Of a stretch of 64,000 nt of DNA, positions 8,871-17,019 are shown one piece after another. The notes under the pieces were generated by a model. That model saw only the letters and a program-made list of their open reading frames with translations. It did no database searches and was not told the DNA's origin. Numbering within the stretch: the stretch's first letter is position 1; each line of letters opens with the position of its first letter. A program made the translations under genes and the position numbers. Source of the stretch: Gemmatimonadota bacterium (GTDB lineage Bacteria; Gemmatimonadota; Gemmatimonadetes; Longimicrobiales; RSA9); the NCBI GenBank assembly GCA_017881445.1, contig JADGQX010000002.1, positions 610-64,609 on the forward strand, in the 5' to 3' direction.

Positions 8871-10982
8871 ATGATTCCCAGAACCGCAGGGCCCAGGGTG
8901 CTTCTCTTCGCCGTCACCATGTCGCTGCTGGCACTGGCCCCGCGCTGTGCGCGGGCGCAGGGGCCGGGATTCGGCGCCGAGCCGGTCCGAAGCGGCCCCA
9001 TCACCGCCACCGTGGACGCGAGCCGCATCGGCGCGCCCATCGACCGGCTGCTGTACGGCTACTTCATCGAGAACCTGGGCAACATCTTCGAGGGCGGCCT
9101 CTGGGCCGAGATGCTGGGCGACCGGAAGTTCTATGATCCGGTGACCGAGGACACGGCGGCGCCGCGCACGGGGCGCTTCCGGCTGGTCGGCCGCTGGCGC
9201 CCGCTGGCGGGCACGCGGGTGGACATGGACAGCGCGCATGCGTGGGTGGGCAGGCACTCGCCCAGCGTGGCGCTGGATCCCGGGAGCGCGCGCGGCATCC
9301 AGCAGCGGGGCCTGGGCCTGATCGAGGGCAAGGCGTACACGGGCCGCATCCTGCTGGCGGCCGATGGCCGGGCGAAGGTCGCCGTGGCGCTGGTGTGGGG
9401 CAGCGGGCCGCAGGACCGGCAGACCGTCACGATCTCTCCCGCGTCGAAGTACACGACGTATCCGTTCCGCTTCACGTCCCCCGCGACGAATCGCGATGGC
9501 CGGCTCGAGATCTCGGCCACCGGAACCGGCACGCTGCGGATCGGCGCCGTGTCGCTCATGCCGGCGGACAACGTGGAGGGCTTCCGGCCGGACATGATCG
9601 CGCTGCTGAAGTCGGTGCATCCGGCCATGCTGCGCTGGGGCGGCAACTTCTCCTCGGGCTATGACTGGCGCGACGGCATCGGCCCGCGCGACCAGCGCCC
9701 GCCGCGCTGGGACTACGCCTGGAACGTGGTCGAGCAGAACGACGTCGGCACCTTCGAGGTGCTGGCGCTCAACCGACTGCTGGGCTCGGAGCCGAACATC
9801 GGCGTGAACTCGGGGCTGGGTGACGCGCACACCGCCGCGGAATGGGTCGAGTACGTGAACGGCAACGCGAGCACGCCCATGGGGCGGCTCCGGGCGCAGC
9901 ACGGGCACCCGCAGCCGTTCGGCGTGAAGTGGTGGGGGATCGGCAACGAGATGTATGGCGACTGGCAGCTGGGCCACATGTCGATCGACCACTACGTGCT
10001 CAAGCACAATGCGTTCGCCGAAGCCATGCGGGCGGTGGACCCGTCCATCGTGCTGGTCGCGTCCGGCGCAACGCCGTTCGAGATGGGCACGACCGCGAGG
10101 CACAACCGCAAGCCGCTCCGGGACCGGCCGTACGCCTACGAGTCGCCCGAGGACTGGTCGGGGCGGCTGCTGCGCGACGCGTACCGCAACTTCGACTATC
10201 TCGCCGAGCACATCTACGCCGTGCCGGACCAGGCGTTCGATGCGGGGCTGCAGGAGTTCTGGCCGGTCCAGGACCCGGTCCAGAACCGGCTGCGCCGGAT
10301 CCCGAACCGCGTGAAGGCGGCTGGGGAGGCCTGGGAGGAGTACCAGCGCCGGATGCCGTACCTGAAGGACACCAGGATCCGGATGGTGCTGGACGAGTAC
10401 TCGAGCGGCGGCGCCGGGGCGGGGGAGATGCCGGGCGCGCTGGCCACGGCCATGACGCTGCACGAGATGATGCGAGCGAGCGAGCTCTGGGCGATGTCGG
10501 CGTACACGGCGCTGACGGGGCTGATCGCCTACGACAGGACGGGCGCCCCACCCGCCATGCGCGCCACCGGCTTCCTGTTCAAGCTGTACACGGAACACCT
10601 CGGCTCGCTGCCGCTGGCCGTGACGGGCGACTCGCCGCAGCCGGAGCTGCGCGGCACGATCGGCGTGGACAAGCCGCGGGTGTCCTCGGGCAGTGCCACT
10701 TACCCGCTCGACGTGGTCGCGACGCTGTCGCCGGACCGGAAGACGCTCACGGTAGCCGTGGCGAACCCGAGCGAATCGCAGCAGGTGCTGAACCTGAAGC
10801 TCCAGGGCATCACGCCGGCCGGCGGCCACGCCTGGACACTGAGCACGCCCGACGCCGGCGCCCGGACCATGCCGGGCGGCAAGCCGGCCGCCACCGTGGC
10901 GGAGTCGCAGGTGGCGGATGCGGCCGCGCCGCTGACGATTCCCGCCAGCAGCGTGCAGCTGTACCAGTTCCCGGTCCAGTGA
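8871..10982 (+). CDS. GH51-like alpha-L-arabinofuranosidase with an N-terminal CBM-like beta-sandwich, secreted
   Basis: GGAGG lies 7 nt before ATG 8871, and a signal peptide is present (LLFAVTMSLLALAPRCARAQG). Blocks MLRWGGNFSSGYDWRDGIGPRDQRPPR, AEWVEYVNG and WWGIGNEMYGDWQLGHM are GH51-like. It is a paralogue of 61981..64000. The 899-aa track ORF fuses it to the HAD remnant. Confidence 0.85.
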   Translation: MIPRTAGPRVLLFAVTMSLLALAPRCARAQGPGFGAEPVRSGPITATVDASRIGAPIDRLLYGYFIENLGNIFEGGLWAEMLGDRKFYDPVTEDTAAPRTGRFRLVGRWRPLAGTRVDMDSAHAWVGRHSPSVALDPGSARGIQQRGLGLIEGKAYTGRILLAADGRAKVAVALVWGSGPQDRQTVTISPASKYTTYPFRFTSPATNRDGRLEISATGTGTLRIGAVSLMPADNVEGFRPDMIALLKSVHPAMLRWGGNFSSGYDWRDGIGPRDQRPPRWDYAWNVVEQNDVGTFEVLALNRLLGSEPNIGVNSGLGDAHTAAEWVEYVNGNASTPMGRLRAQHGHPQPFGVKWWGIGNEMYGDWQLGHMSIDHYVLKHNAFAEAMRAVDPSIVLVASGATPFEMGTTARHNRKPLRDRPYAYESPEDWSGRLLRDAYRNFDYLAEHIYAVPDQAFDAGLQEFWPVQDPVQNRLRRIPNRVKAAGEAWEEYQRRMPYLKDTRIRMVLDEYSSGGAGAGEMPGALATAMTLHEMMRASELWAMSAYTALTGLIAYDRTGAPPAMRATGFLFKLYTEHLGSLPLAVTGDSPQPELRGTIGVDKPRVSSGSATYPLDVVATLSPDRKTLTVAVANPSESQQVLNLKLQGITPAGGHAWTLSTPDAGARTMPGGKPAATVAESQVADAAAPLTIPASSVQLYQFPVQ

Positions 10983-11155
10983 GTGACCGATGGTCGGCCG
11001 TTGGCGGTTGAGGCTGATGCAGGCGGGTGCCGACGTGGAGTGTGTTCGGGTGGACGTCGGGCACGCACGGGCTTGCCGTGAACCAGAACCCATCACCAGC
11101 CCGGCCGTCGACGGCTCGAGCAGGGCGGCGCCGGCGAACATCCAGTGAGGCGCGG

Positions 11156-11588
11156 ATGACGAGGCTCCGTGGTGTCGCGCTGGTGTCATTGCCGCTGGTG
11201 GCCCGGCTGCTCCTGGCCGGCAGAGCCGCCGCCCAGTCTGGCGCCTGCCCGCCCGGCTCCAGGACCCGCGAGCACCAACGTTCCCGACGCGCAGTACCCG
11301 TGCGTCGACGCCGAGCGGCGGGTGACGTTCCAGGTGCGGGCGCCGAACGCGCAATCGGTGAGCGTCAGCATCGCGGGGACTACGCCCGGCGCGCGCAAGC
11401 TGGCGAAGATCGTGGGATCGTGCTACGCGGCGTTCGCGCGAACCGGCAATCCGAACTGCGACCAGGTGCCGAAGTGGCCGCCCTACGACCGTGCCTCCCG
11501 GGCGACCATGATCTACGAACAGGAATGCCGGGTGGAGAACGACCCGACCGGGGTGCTACGGTCGTTCTGGGAGGGCGCGGATGCCTGA
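11156..11588 (+). pseudogene. chimeric esterase remnant: signal peptide and Ig-like start of a CE1-type esterase fused to the C-terminal tail of a type-B carboxylesterase
   Basis: Frame 2 from ATG 11156 gives MTRLRGVALVSLPLVARLLLAGRAAAQS. Homology then continues in another frame as VPDAQYPCVDAERRVTFQVRAPNAQSVSVSIAG (compare [17 protein letters not shown] in 35176..36504). It then jumps to LAKIVGSCYAAFARTGNPNCDQVPKWPPYDRAS (compare LADKISSYWINFVKTGNPNGAGLPNWPAYTAAN at the end of 22775..24442). No catalytic core remains. Confidence 0.45.
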
Positions 11589-11766
11589 TCCGCGCGGGCG
11601 CTTGATGGCCGCGGACGGGCAGGCGGGTCCGACCGCGCCTCCCCGTCCTCCCGTGACGGCGGTTGCCGGGCGGGCGGGCCCATCCGTACTATCGTCGACA
11701 CCCGATGGAGACTGGCGCGGGACGCCCCACCCGCGCCAGGCGACCTATCTTGCCGCAGAGGGTTCC

Positions 11767-12975
11767 ATGCGCTCGCCCATCTCGATGATCATCGCGCTTC
11801 TCGCGCTTCTCGCCACTCCGCTCGCCGCCCAGCGTCGGGTGCCCAAGGACCTCTCCGGGGCCCGCGGATTCGACTACATGGCCGCGTCGGCTAGCAACCA
11901 CACCGAGCACTTCATCCACTACGACCCGCAGGAGACGAAGCGCGACCTGGACGATGCGGCGCGCCTCCATCTGAACCAGGTGCGGGTGTTCATGCCCATG
12001 GCGGCGTGGCAGAGCGACAAGGAGGCGTTCAGGAAGAACATCCGTGACTTCATGGACGCCGCCCGGGCGCACGGCATGGGGGTCATGCCCACAATGCAAT
12101 ACGGCCGTGGCATCGCGATGAACCGGGACGCCTGGCCGCAGGCGAAGGAGTTCGTGGCGGACCTGATCGCCACCATCGGCAAGCATCCGGCGCTCGTGAT
12201 CTGGGACGTGGAAAACGAGCCGGACTGCTGCGCGCTGCCTCCGACCGAGGCCAACCGCACGCGTATGGCTCACGCGGTCTACATGGCCGGGCTGTTCCAC
12301 CAGCTCGACCCGGTCACGCCCGTGACCATCGGGGTGGCGTTCTCGGACAACATGATCGAGTTGGGCGATGCGGTGGACGTGCTCTCGTTCCACAACTACC
12401 TATCGACGCGAGCCGCCATCCGCGCGGATATCCAGAAGGCGAAGGCGTACGCGGCCCGGGTTGGTAAGCCCCTGCTCAACACGGAGATCGGTGCTCCCGG
12501 ACGGGCCAACCCCTACGACATCGCCATCGAAGAGCACATGAAGGCGGGCGTGGGCTGGTACATCTGGGAGCTGATGGTCGCTCCGAACTGGGGCAAGGTC
12601 CAGGGCGTGTTCTACCCCGACGGAACGGTGCGCGACCCGGCGGTCGCGGCGGCGCTGCTCGGCGTCTTCCGGAACCGCGATCCCAACGCCCTGCTCATCG
12701 TCCCGGACAACGAGGGTCGGGTGACCAGGGCCGTCGAGGGAAGTCGAGCGTGGCTGAAGCGTCCGGACGCCAGCTGGGAGGAGGGGCTGGACCTCGCCGA
12801 AGTCTCCGCCAACCTCCTCGAGTCCAACCAACTCGCCGCGCTGATCAAGCCCCCCACGATGCGCGTGGAGGTGCTGCGGCGCGGTAAGCCGGACATGGCG
12901 GCGTTGCGCGCGATCCTCGAGGAGTTCACCTCGGAGCTCGAGCCCTGGCGCTTGCCGCCGTCGTCTCGCCGGTAG
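11767..12975 (+). CDS. clan GH-A (GH5-like) TIM-barrel glycoside hydrolase with a C-terminal helical extension, secreted
   Basis: ATG 11767 follows AGAGGG, with signal peptide MRSPISMIIALLALLATPLAAQ. ALVIWDVENEPD is an NEP acid/base-type motif and KPLLNTEIG is a TE nucleophile-type motif. It is a paralogue of 33338..34564. The exact family is not assigned. Confidence 0.7.
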   Translation: MRSPISMIIALLALLATPLAAQRRVPKDLSGARGFDYMAASASNHTEHFIHYDPQETKRDLDDAARLHLNQVRVFMPMAAWQSDKEAFRKNIRDFMDAARAHGMGVMPTMQYGRGIAMNRDAWPQAKEFVADLIATIGKHPALVIWDVENEPDCCALPPTEANRTRMAHAVYMAGLFHQLDPVTPVTIGVAFSDNMIELGDAVDVLSFHNYLSTRAAIRADIQKAKAYAARVGKPLLNTEIGAPGRANPYDIAIEEHMKAGVGWYIWELMVAPNWGKVQGVFYPDGTVRDPAVAAALLGVFRNRDPNALLIVPDNEGRVTRAVEGSRAWLKRPDASWEEGLDLAEVSANLLESNQLAALIKPPTMRVEVLRRGKPDMAALRAILEEFTSELEPWRLPPSSRR

Positions 12976-13616
12976 AGTAGAGCGCCGCGGCCCGAAGGCG
13001 ACCCGCGGAGCATGGTCGGTCGCGATCAGGGGACGCGTCGACCCGAGACGCCTGCTTCGCCGGAATCGCGGGGATGCGCCCGCCGCGCGGGACCTTCGAT
13101 CCCGCGTCGCCACCCGGGTGGCGCGAGCGCCCCTGATGCCGTATGTCACCGTCGACGACGGAGGCCGGCCTGTTGCCGTCCAGAGGAACGGAAGCAGCGC
13201 GAGCGCACTACGGCGGCGGTGGCGATGGAGGTACATGGCCTAGGCTGCGGATGTCCGGAGAGCGGCACGTTCCGGGAGCCGAGCGATCTCCGCGGGGCCC
13301 CCGCGCCGAGTTGCTGCTACGGAGCACCAGATTACCGTAGGGGCGCGCCCCACACCGTACCCCTCCATCCTGAACGTCCGAATCGACGTCGCGGTTCGAG
13401 AGCGCCCGGGAGGGAGCGACCGGCGGCTCGGCGATCCGACCGCCTGATTCGACCGAACGTGTTGAACCCTGGCCTCGGGTAGCGAGTCTCGCGAAGACTC
13501 TTGACCCGTAGGAACCCGGTCGACAATGTTGGCGTCTGGAACTTCCCTCGGTCATAACATGTCGATCGCGCGCCCCACGCGCCCCGGACGCGCGCTCTTG
13601 TCACAAGGGGCGGCGC

Positions 13617-13646
13617 TTGCGCGTTCCATCGTTGAAAACGTAAAAT
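13617..13646 (+). promoter_or_regulatory. candidate sigma70-like promoter for susC/susD
   Basis: TTGCGC (13617..13622), an 18-nt spacer, then TAAAAT (13641..13646) lie in the AT-richest part of a ~900-bp non-coding region. This implies a leader of about 230 nt. Confidence 0.35.
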
Positions 13647-13879
13647 CGAACTGTTTCAAGCGCACGCAAGTCCCGCTAGCCCGGTTCGGACGCATTCGGG
13701 CTCGCGCGGGGGCCCCTATCCGCTGCGGGAGGATGCCTATGTCGGCAGATACCTAGGCGCAGACACCTAGGACCGGGTCGCGCGTGTAGGTCCACGCCGC
13801 CAACCCAGGCGTGTCCGGGCGCCATTTGCAGGCCAAGAAGGCCGAGGCGCTCTCACAGTAACTCGAAACCGGAACTTCC

Positions 13880-16800
13880 ATGAGACACTGCATCCGACGG
13901 TACTTGGGACAGTGGCTCGGCGCCCTGGTTTTCCTGCTGCTCGGGACCACGGCGGCCGCAGCTCAGAACGTGGTTCAAGGGCGCGTGGTGAACGCGGAGA
14001 CTAGGGCACCCCTCGTCTCGGTCGTCGTCACCGTCAAGGGGGCAAAGGGCGGCGTGCTGACGAACGAAACGGGTCACTACAGCATCCGGGCGCTGCTGAA
14101 CGACTCGCTCACCGTCCGAATCCTCGGTTACGGCACCCAGACAGTCGCTGTGAACGGCCGATCGACCGTCGACGTGCAGATGCAGGTCGAGGCGGTCGCC
14201 CTGGACGAGATCGTGGCCGTCGGCTACACGCAGCAGACGCGCAAGACCATGGCGGGCGCCGTGGGCAGCGTGAACACCAGCCAGATCACGTCCCGTGCGG
14301 TCACGCAGGTGCAGGACGTGCTCAACGCGCGCGTCGCCGGCGTGGAGGTGCGCAACAGCGGTCAGCCCGGCGTGGCCGCGACGGTCAACATCCGCGGGTC
14401 CGCGTTCACCGCGGGCAACAACCCGCTCTACGTGGTGGACGGGATGTACATGGCCGACCTGCGGAACATCAGCCCTGACGACATCGAGTCGATCCAGGTG
14501 CTCAAGGACGCGTCGGCCGCCTCGCAGTACGGCGCGCGCGCGGCGAGCGGCGTGGTCGTGATCACGACCAAAAAGGGCGCCGCGTCCGAAAACAACAAGT
14601 TCACCTTCCGCTCATCCTACGGGACCCAGCAGATTCCGCGGCTGATTCCGATGCAGAACTCCCAGCAGTGGGCGGCCCTGGAGGTGGAGAAGTACACCAA
14701 CTCCAAGTTGATTGACCCGACCAGCACCGCGGTCCCCTCCGGGTCTCAGGACGTGTTGAGTGGTAAGAACCCCAACGACACGGACTGGCAGAAGGCGGTC
14801 ACGCGGACGGGTCTGGTCCAGGACCACAATCTCTCGGTCTCCGGCGGGACGCCGACCGGCACCGCGACGTACTTCGTCAGCGGCGGCTATGCCCAGCAGA
14901 AGGGAACGCTGATCACCACGAACTTCGACCGCTTCAATCTCCGCGTGAACTCGCAGCTCCGTCGGGGCATCGTCACGCTGGGTGAGAACGTGGCGCTCGC
15001 CCGCTCGAACCGGCAGGACCCGTCCGGGCCCAACGGGGGGGCCGCGCTCGTTGATGCGGTCAACATGTTCCCGTCGATCCCGCTCATGAACGACGGCAAC
15101 TTCGGGCCGGCGGCCGCGTTGTACGGGATCGGCACCTCGCAGTACCCGAGTTTCGCCACCAACCCGGTGGGCGAGCTGGCGTTGAACAGGTTGGTGCAGA
15201 GGCAGAACCAGCTGATCGGGTCCCTCTTCGGGAACGTCGACATCGTCTCGGGGCTGCAATACCGGCTGCAGCTCGGCATCAGCTACAACGACAACTCGAC
15301 GAACACCTTCTCCAACAGCCAGATGGTCCGGCTGAACACCGGCCCCTTCCCGGCTGCGTTGACGATCAACGGCGTCAGCGATACGCAGCTCCTCGTGGAG
15401 CACCTGCTGAGCCTGAACCGGACCTTCGGCAGCATCCACGCCATCAACGGCACGATCGGCTTCACGCAGCAGGACGAGAAGTTCGACAACCTCATCGCCT
15501 CGCGTGCCAACTTCTCGAACGAGAGCCTCCAGGTCCTGAACGCCGGCACGCAGCAGATCAACAACGCCGAGAGCAAGCTCGAGTCGCGGATGAACTCGAT
15601 GCTGGCCCGCGTGGGCTACACCCTCATGGATCGGTACATCCTCGAGGGGAACTTCCGCCGTGACGGCTCCAGCCGGTTCGGACCGCTCAATCGGTGGGGC
15701 AACTTCTACTCCGGCGCGTTCGGCTGGATCGTGAGCGGCGAGTCCTTCTTCAAGTCGTTGCCGCTGATCGGCAAGGCCGACTACCTCAAGCTCCGCGGGA
15801 GCTATGGGACGCAGGGGAACCAGGACTTCGCCGACTACCAGTGGATGTCGCTGGTCACGGCCGCCAATGCCCCGGGCAATGAGGCCAGTGTCTGCTGCGC
15901 CTACATGTTCGGTGAGGGCCAGGGGACCCTGACCCCCGCGCTGGGCGTCGTCGCCCTGGGCAACCCGCTGATCAAGTGGCAGTCGAACAAGATGACGAAC
16001 GTCGGGATCGACCTCGGTCTGCTCAACAACAAGCTCTCTATCACGGCTGAGTACTACCAGTCCAAGTCGTCCGGCGTGCTGGCTCAGGTGCCACTCATCC
16101 CGAGCCTCGGCTCGCTGACCAATCCGTTCGTGAACGCCGCCGCGCTCCAGAACTCCGGCTTCGAGTTCACGGCCCAGCACACCCTGTCGAAGGGCAAACT
16201 GACCCTCACGAGCGGACTCAACCTGACGACGCTCAACAACAAGGTGCTGGCGCTGGGCGGGACGAACCAGGACATCATCGTCAACGCCTCGCGCACCTCG
16301 GTGGGCCATCCACTCGGTTCGTTCTATGTGATGCAGACCTGCGGGATCTTCCAGAACCAGGCGGAGATCACCGCGCACAAGGTGCAGCCGACCGCGCTGC
16401 CGGGAGACCTCTGCTTCGTCGACATCAACGGCGACGGCCAGATCACGCAGGACGCCGATAAGCACTTCGCGGGTAGTCCGTTCCCGAAGCTCAACGGCGG
16501 CCTGTTCGCCAATGGCAGCTACCGCTCCTTCGACTTCACGGTCGCCGCGCGCGGGGTGTTCGGGTCGAAGGCGTACGACGGCATGATGCCCGGGATCGTG
16601 AACACGAACGGTGACTCCAACGCGCCCGAATGGGTGACGACGTGGAAGTCCGCGGGCGACGGATCCAACGCCCCCAAGGCCTACTGGGGCAGCCTGGGCA
16701 ACAACAATGCCCGGGGCCCGAACGATCTTTTCCTCGAGAACAACTCCTATCTCCGGTTCCAGAACGTGGAGCTCGGCTATAAGATCCCGTCCACGCTGCT

Positions 16801-16984
16801 GGCCCACGCGGGTCTGTCCGTGGACCACGCACGGCTCTACGTCAACCTGCAGGATATCTACACAGCCACGAGCTACCTCGGGTACGATCCGCAGTTCCGG
16901 GGTGCGACACTGACGCCGGGCGAGGATCCTGGTTATTACCCGACGCCGAGGACGATCACTGTGGGCGTCGACGTCGGCTTCTGA
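13880..16984 (+). CDS. susC: SusC/RagA-type TonB-dependent outer-membrane transporter
   Basis: The gene is 1034 aa with a signal peptide. It has a CarboxypepD_reg-like start (VVQGRVVNAETRAPLVSVVVTVKG...TGHYSI). The plug region reads VGYTQQTRKTMAGAVGSV and IESIQVLKDASAASQYGARAASGVVVITTKKG. A long beta-barrel ends in ...TVGVDVGF. Confidence 0.9.
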   Translation: MRHCIRRYLGQWLGALVFLLLGTTAAAAQNVVQGRVVNAETRAPLVSVVVTVKGAKGGVLTNETGHYSIRALLNDSLTVRILGYGTQTVAVNGRSTVDVQMQVEAVALDEIVAVGYTQQTRKTMAGAVGSVNTSQITSRAVTQVQDVLNARVAGVEVRNSGQPGVAATVNIRGSAFTAGNNPLYVVDGMYMADLRNISPDDIESIQVLKDASAASQYGARAASGVVVITTKKGAASENNKFTFRSSYGTQQIPRLIPMQNSQQWAALEVEKYTNSKLIDPTSTAVPSGSQDVLSGKNPNDTDWQKAVTRTGLVQDHNLSVSGGTPTGTATYFVSGGYAQQKGTLITTNFDRFNLRVNSQLRRGIVTLGENVALARSNRQDPSGPNGGAALVDAVNMFPSIPLMNDGNFGPAAALYGIGTSQYPSFATNPVGELALNRLVQRQNQLIGSLFGNVDIVSGLQYRLQLGISYNDNSTNTFSNSQMVRLNTGPFPAALTINGVSDTQLLVEHLLSLNRTFGSIHAINGTIGFTQQDEKFDNLIASRANFSNESLQVLNAGTQQINNAESKLESRMNSMLARVGYTLMDRYILEGNFRRDGSSRFGPLNRWGNFYSGAFGWIVSGESFFKSLPLIGKADYLKLRGSYGTQGNQDFADYQWMSLVTAANAPGNEASVCCAYMFGEGQGTLTPALGVVALGNPLIKWQSNKMTNVGIDLGLLNNKLSITAEYYQSKSSGVLAQVPLIPSLGSLTNPFVNAAALQNSGFEFTAQHTLSKGKLTLTSGLNLTTLNNKVLALGGTNQDIIVNASRTSVGHPLGSFYVMQTCGIFQNQAEITAHKVQPTALPGDLCFVDINGDGQITQDADKHFAGSPFPKLNGGLFANGSYRSFDFTVAARGVFGSKAYDGMMPGIVNTNGDSNAPEWVTTWKSAGDGSNAPKAYWGSLGNNNARGPNDLFLENNSYLRFQNVELGYKIPSTLLAHAGLSVDHARLYVNLQDIYTATSYLGYDPQFRGATLTPGEDPGYYPTPRTITVGVDVGF

Positions 16985-17019
16985 GCCGAGTACAACCACC
17001 CTCAAACCGACGAAGAGCC

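Noticed and set aside
8283-10982. The 899-aa ORF taken as one protein
   Set aside because: It is an artefactual fusion of three parts: a frame overlapping araD, the HAD relic, and the GH51-like gene. The GH51-like gene has its own RBS, ATG (8871) and signal peptide.
8376-11354. A 992-aa ORF on the reverse strand
   Set aside because: It is antisense to the well-supported GH51-like gene. Its composition is dominated by R, P, G, A and H, with no recognisable motif. This is the typical stop-poor shadow frame of ~70% GC DNA.
13012-13604. ORFs of 156, 115 and 90 aa in the susC upstream region
   Set aside because: Their composition is Arg/Pro/Gly-rich. They have no RBS, no motifs and mutually overlapping frames. 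I treat the region as non-coding.
14612-17005. A 797-aa reverse-strand ORF
   Set aside because: It is an antisense shadow of susC with a biased composition. The forward frame has unmistakable TonB-receptor motifs.
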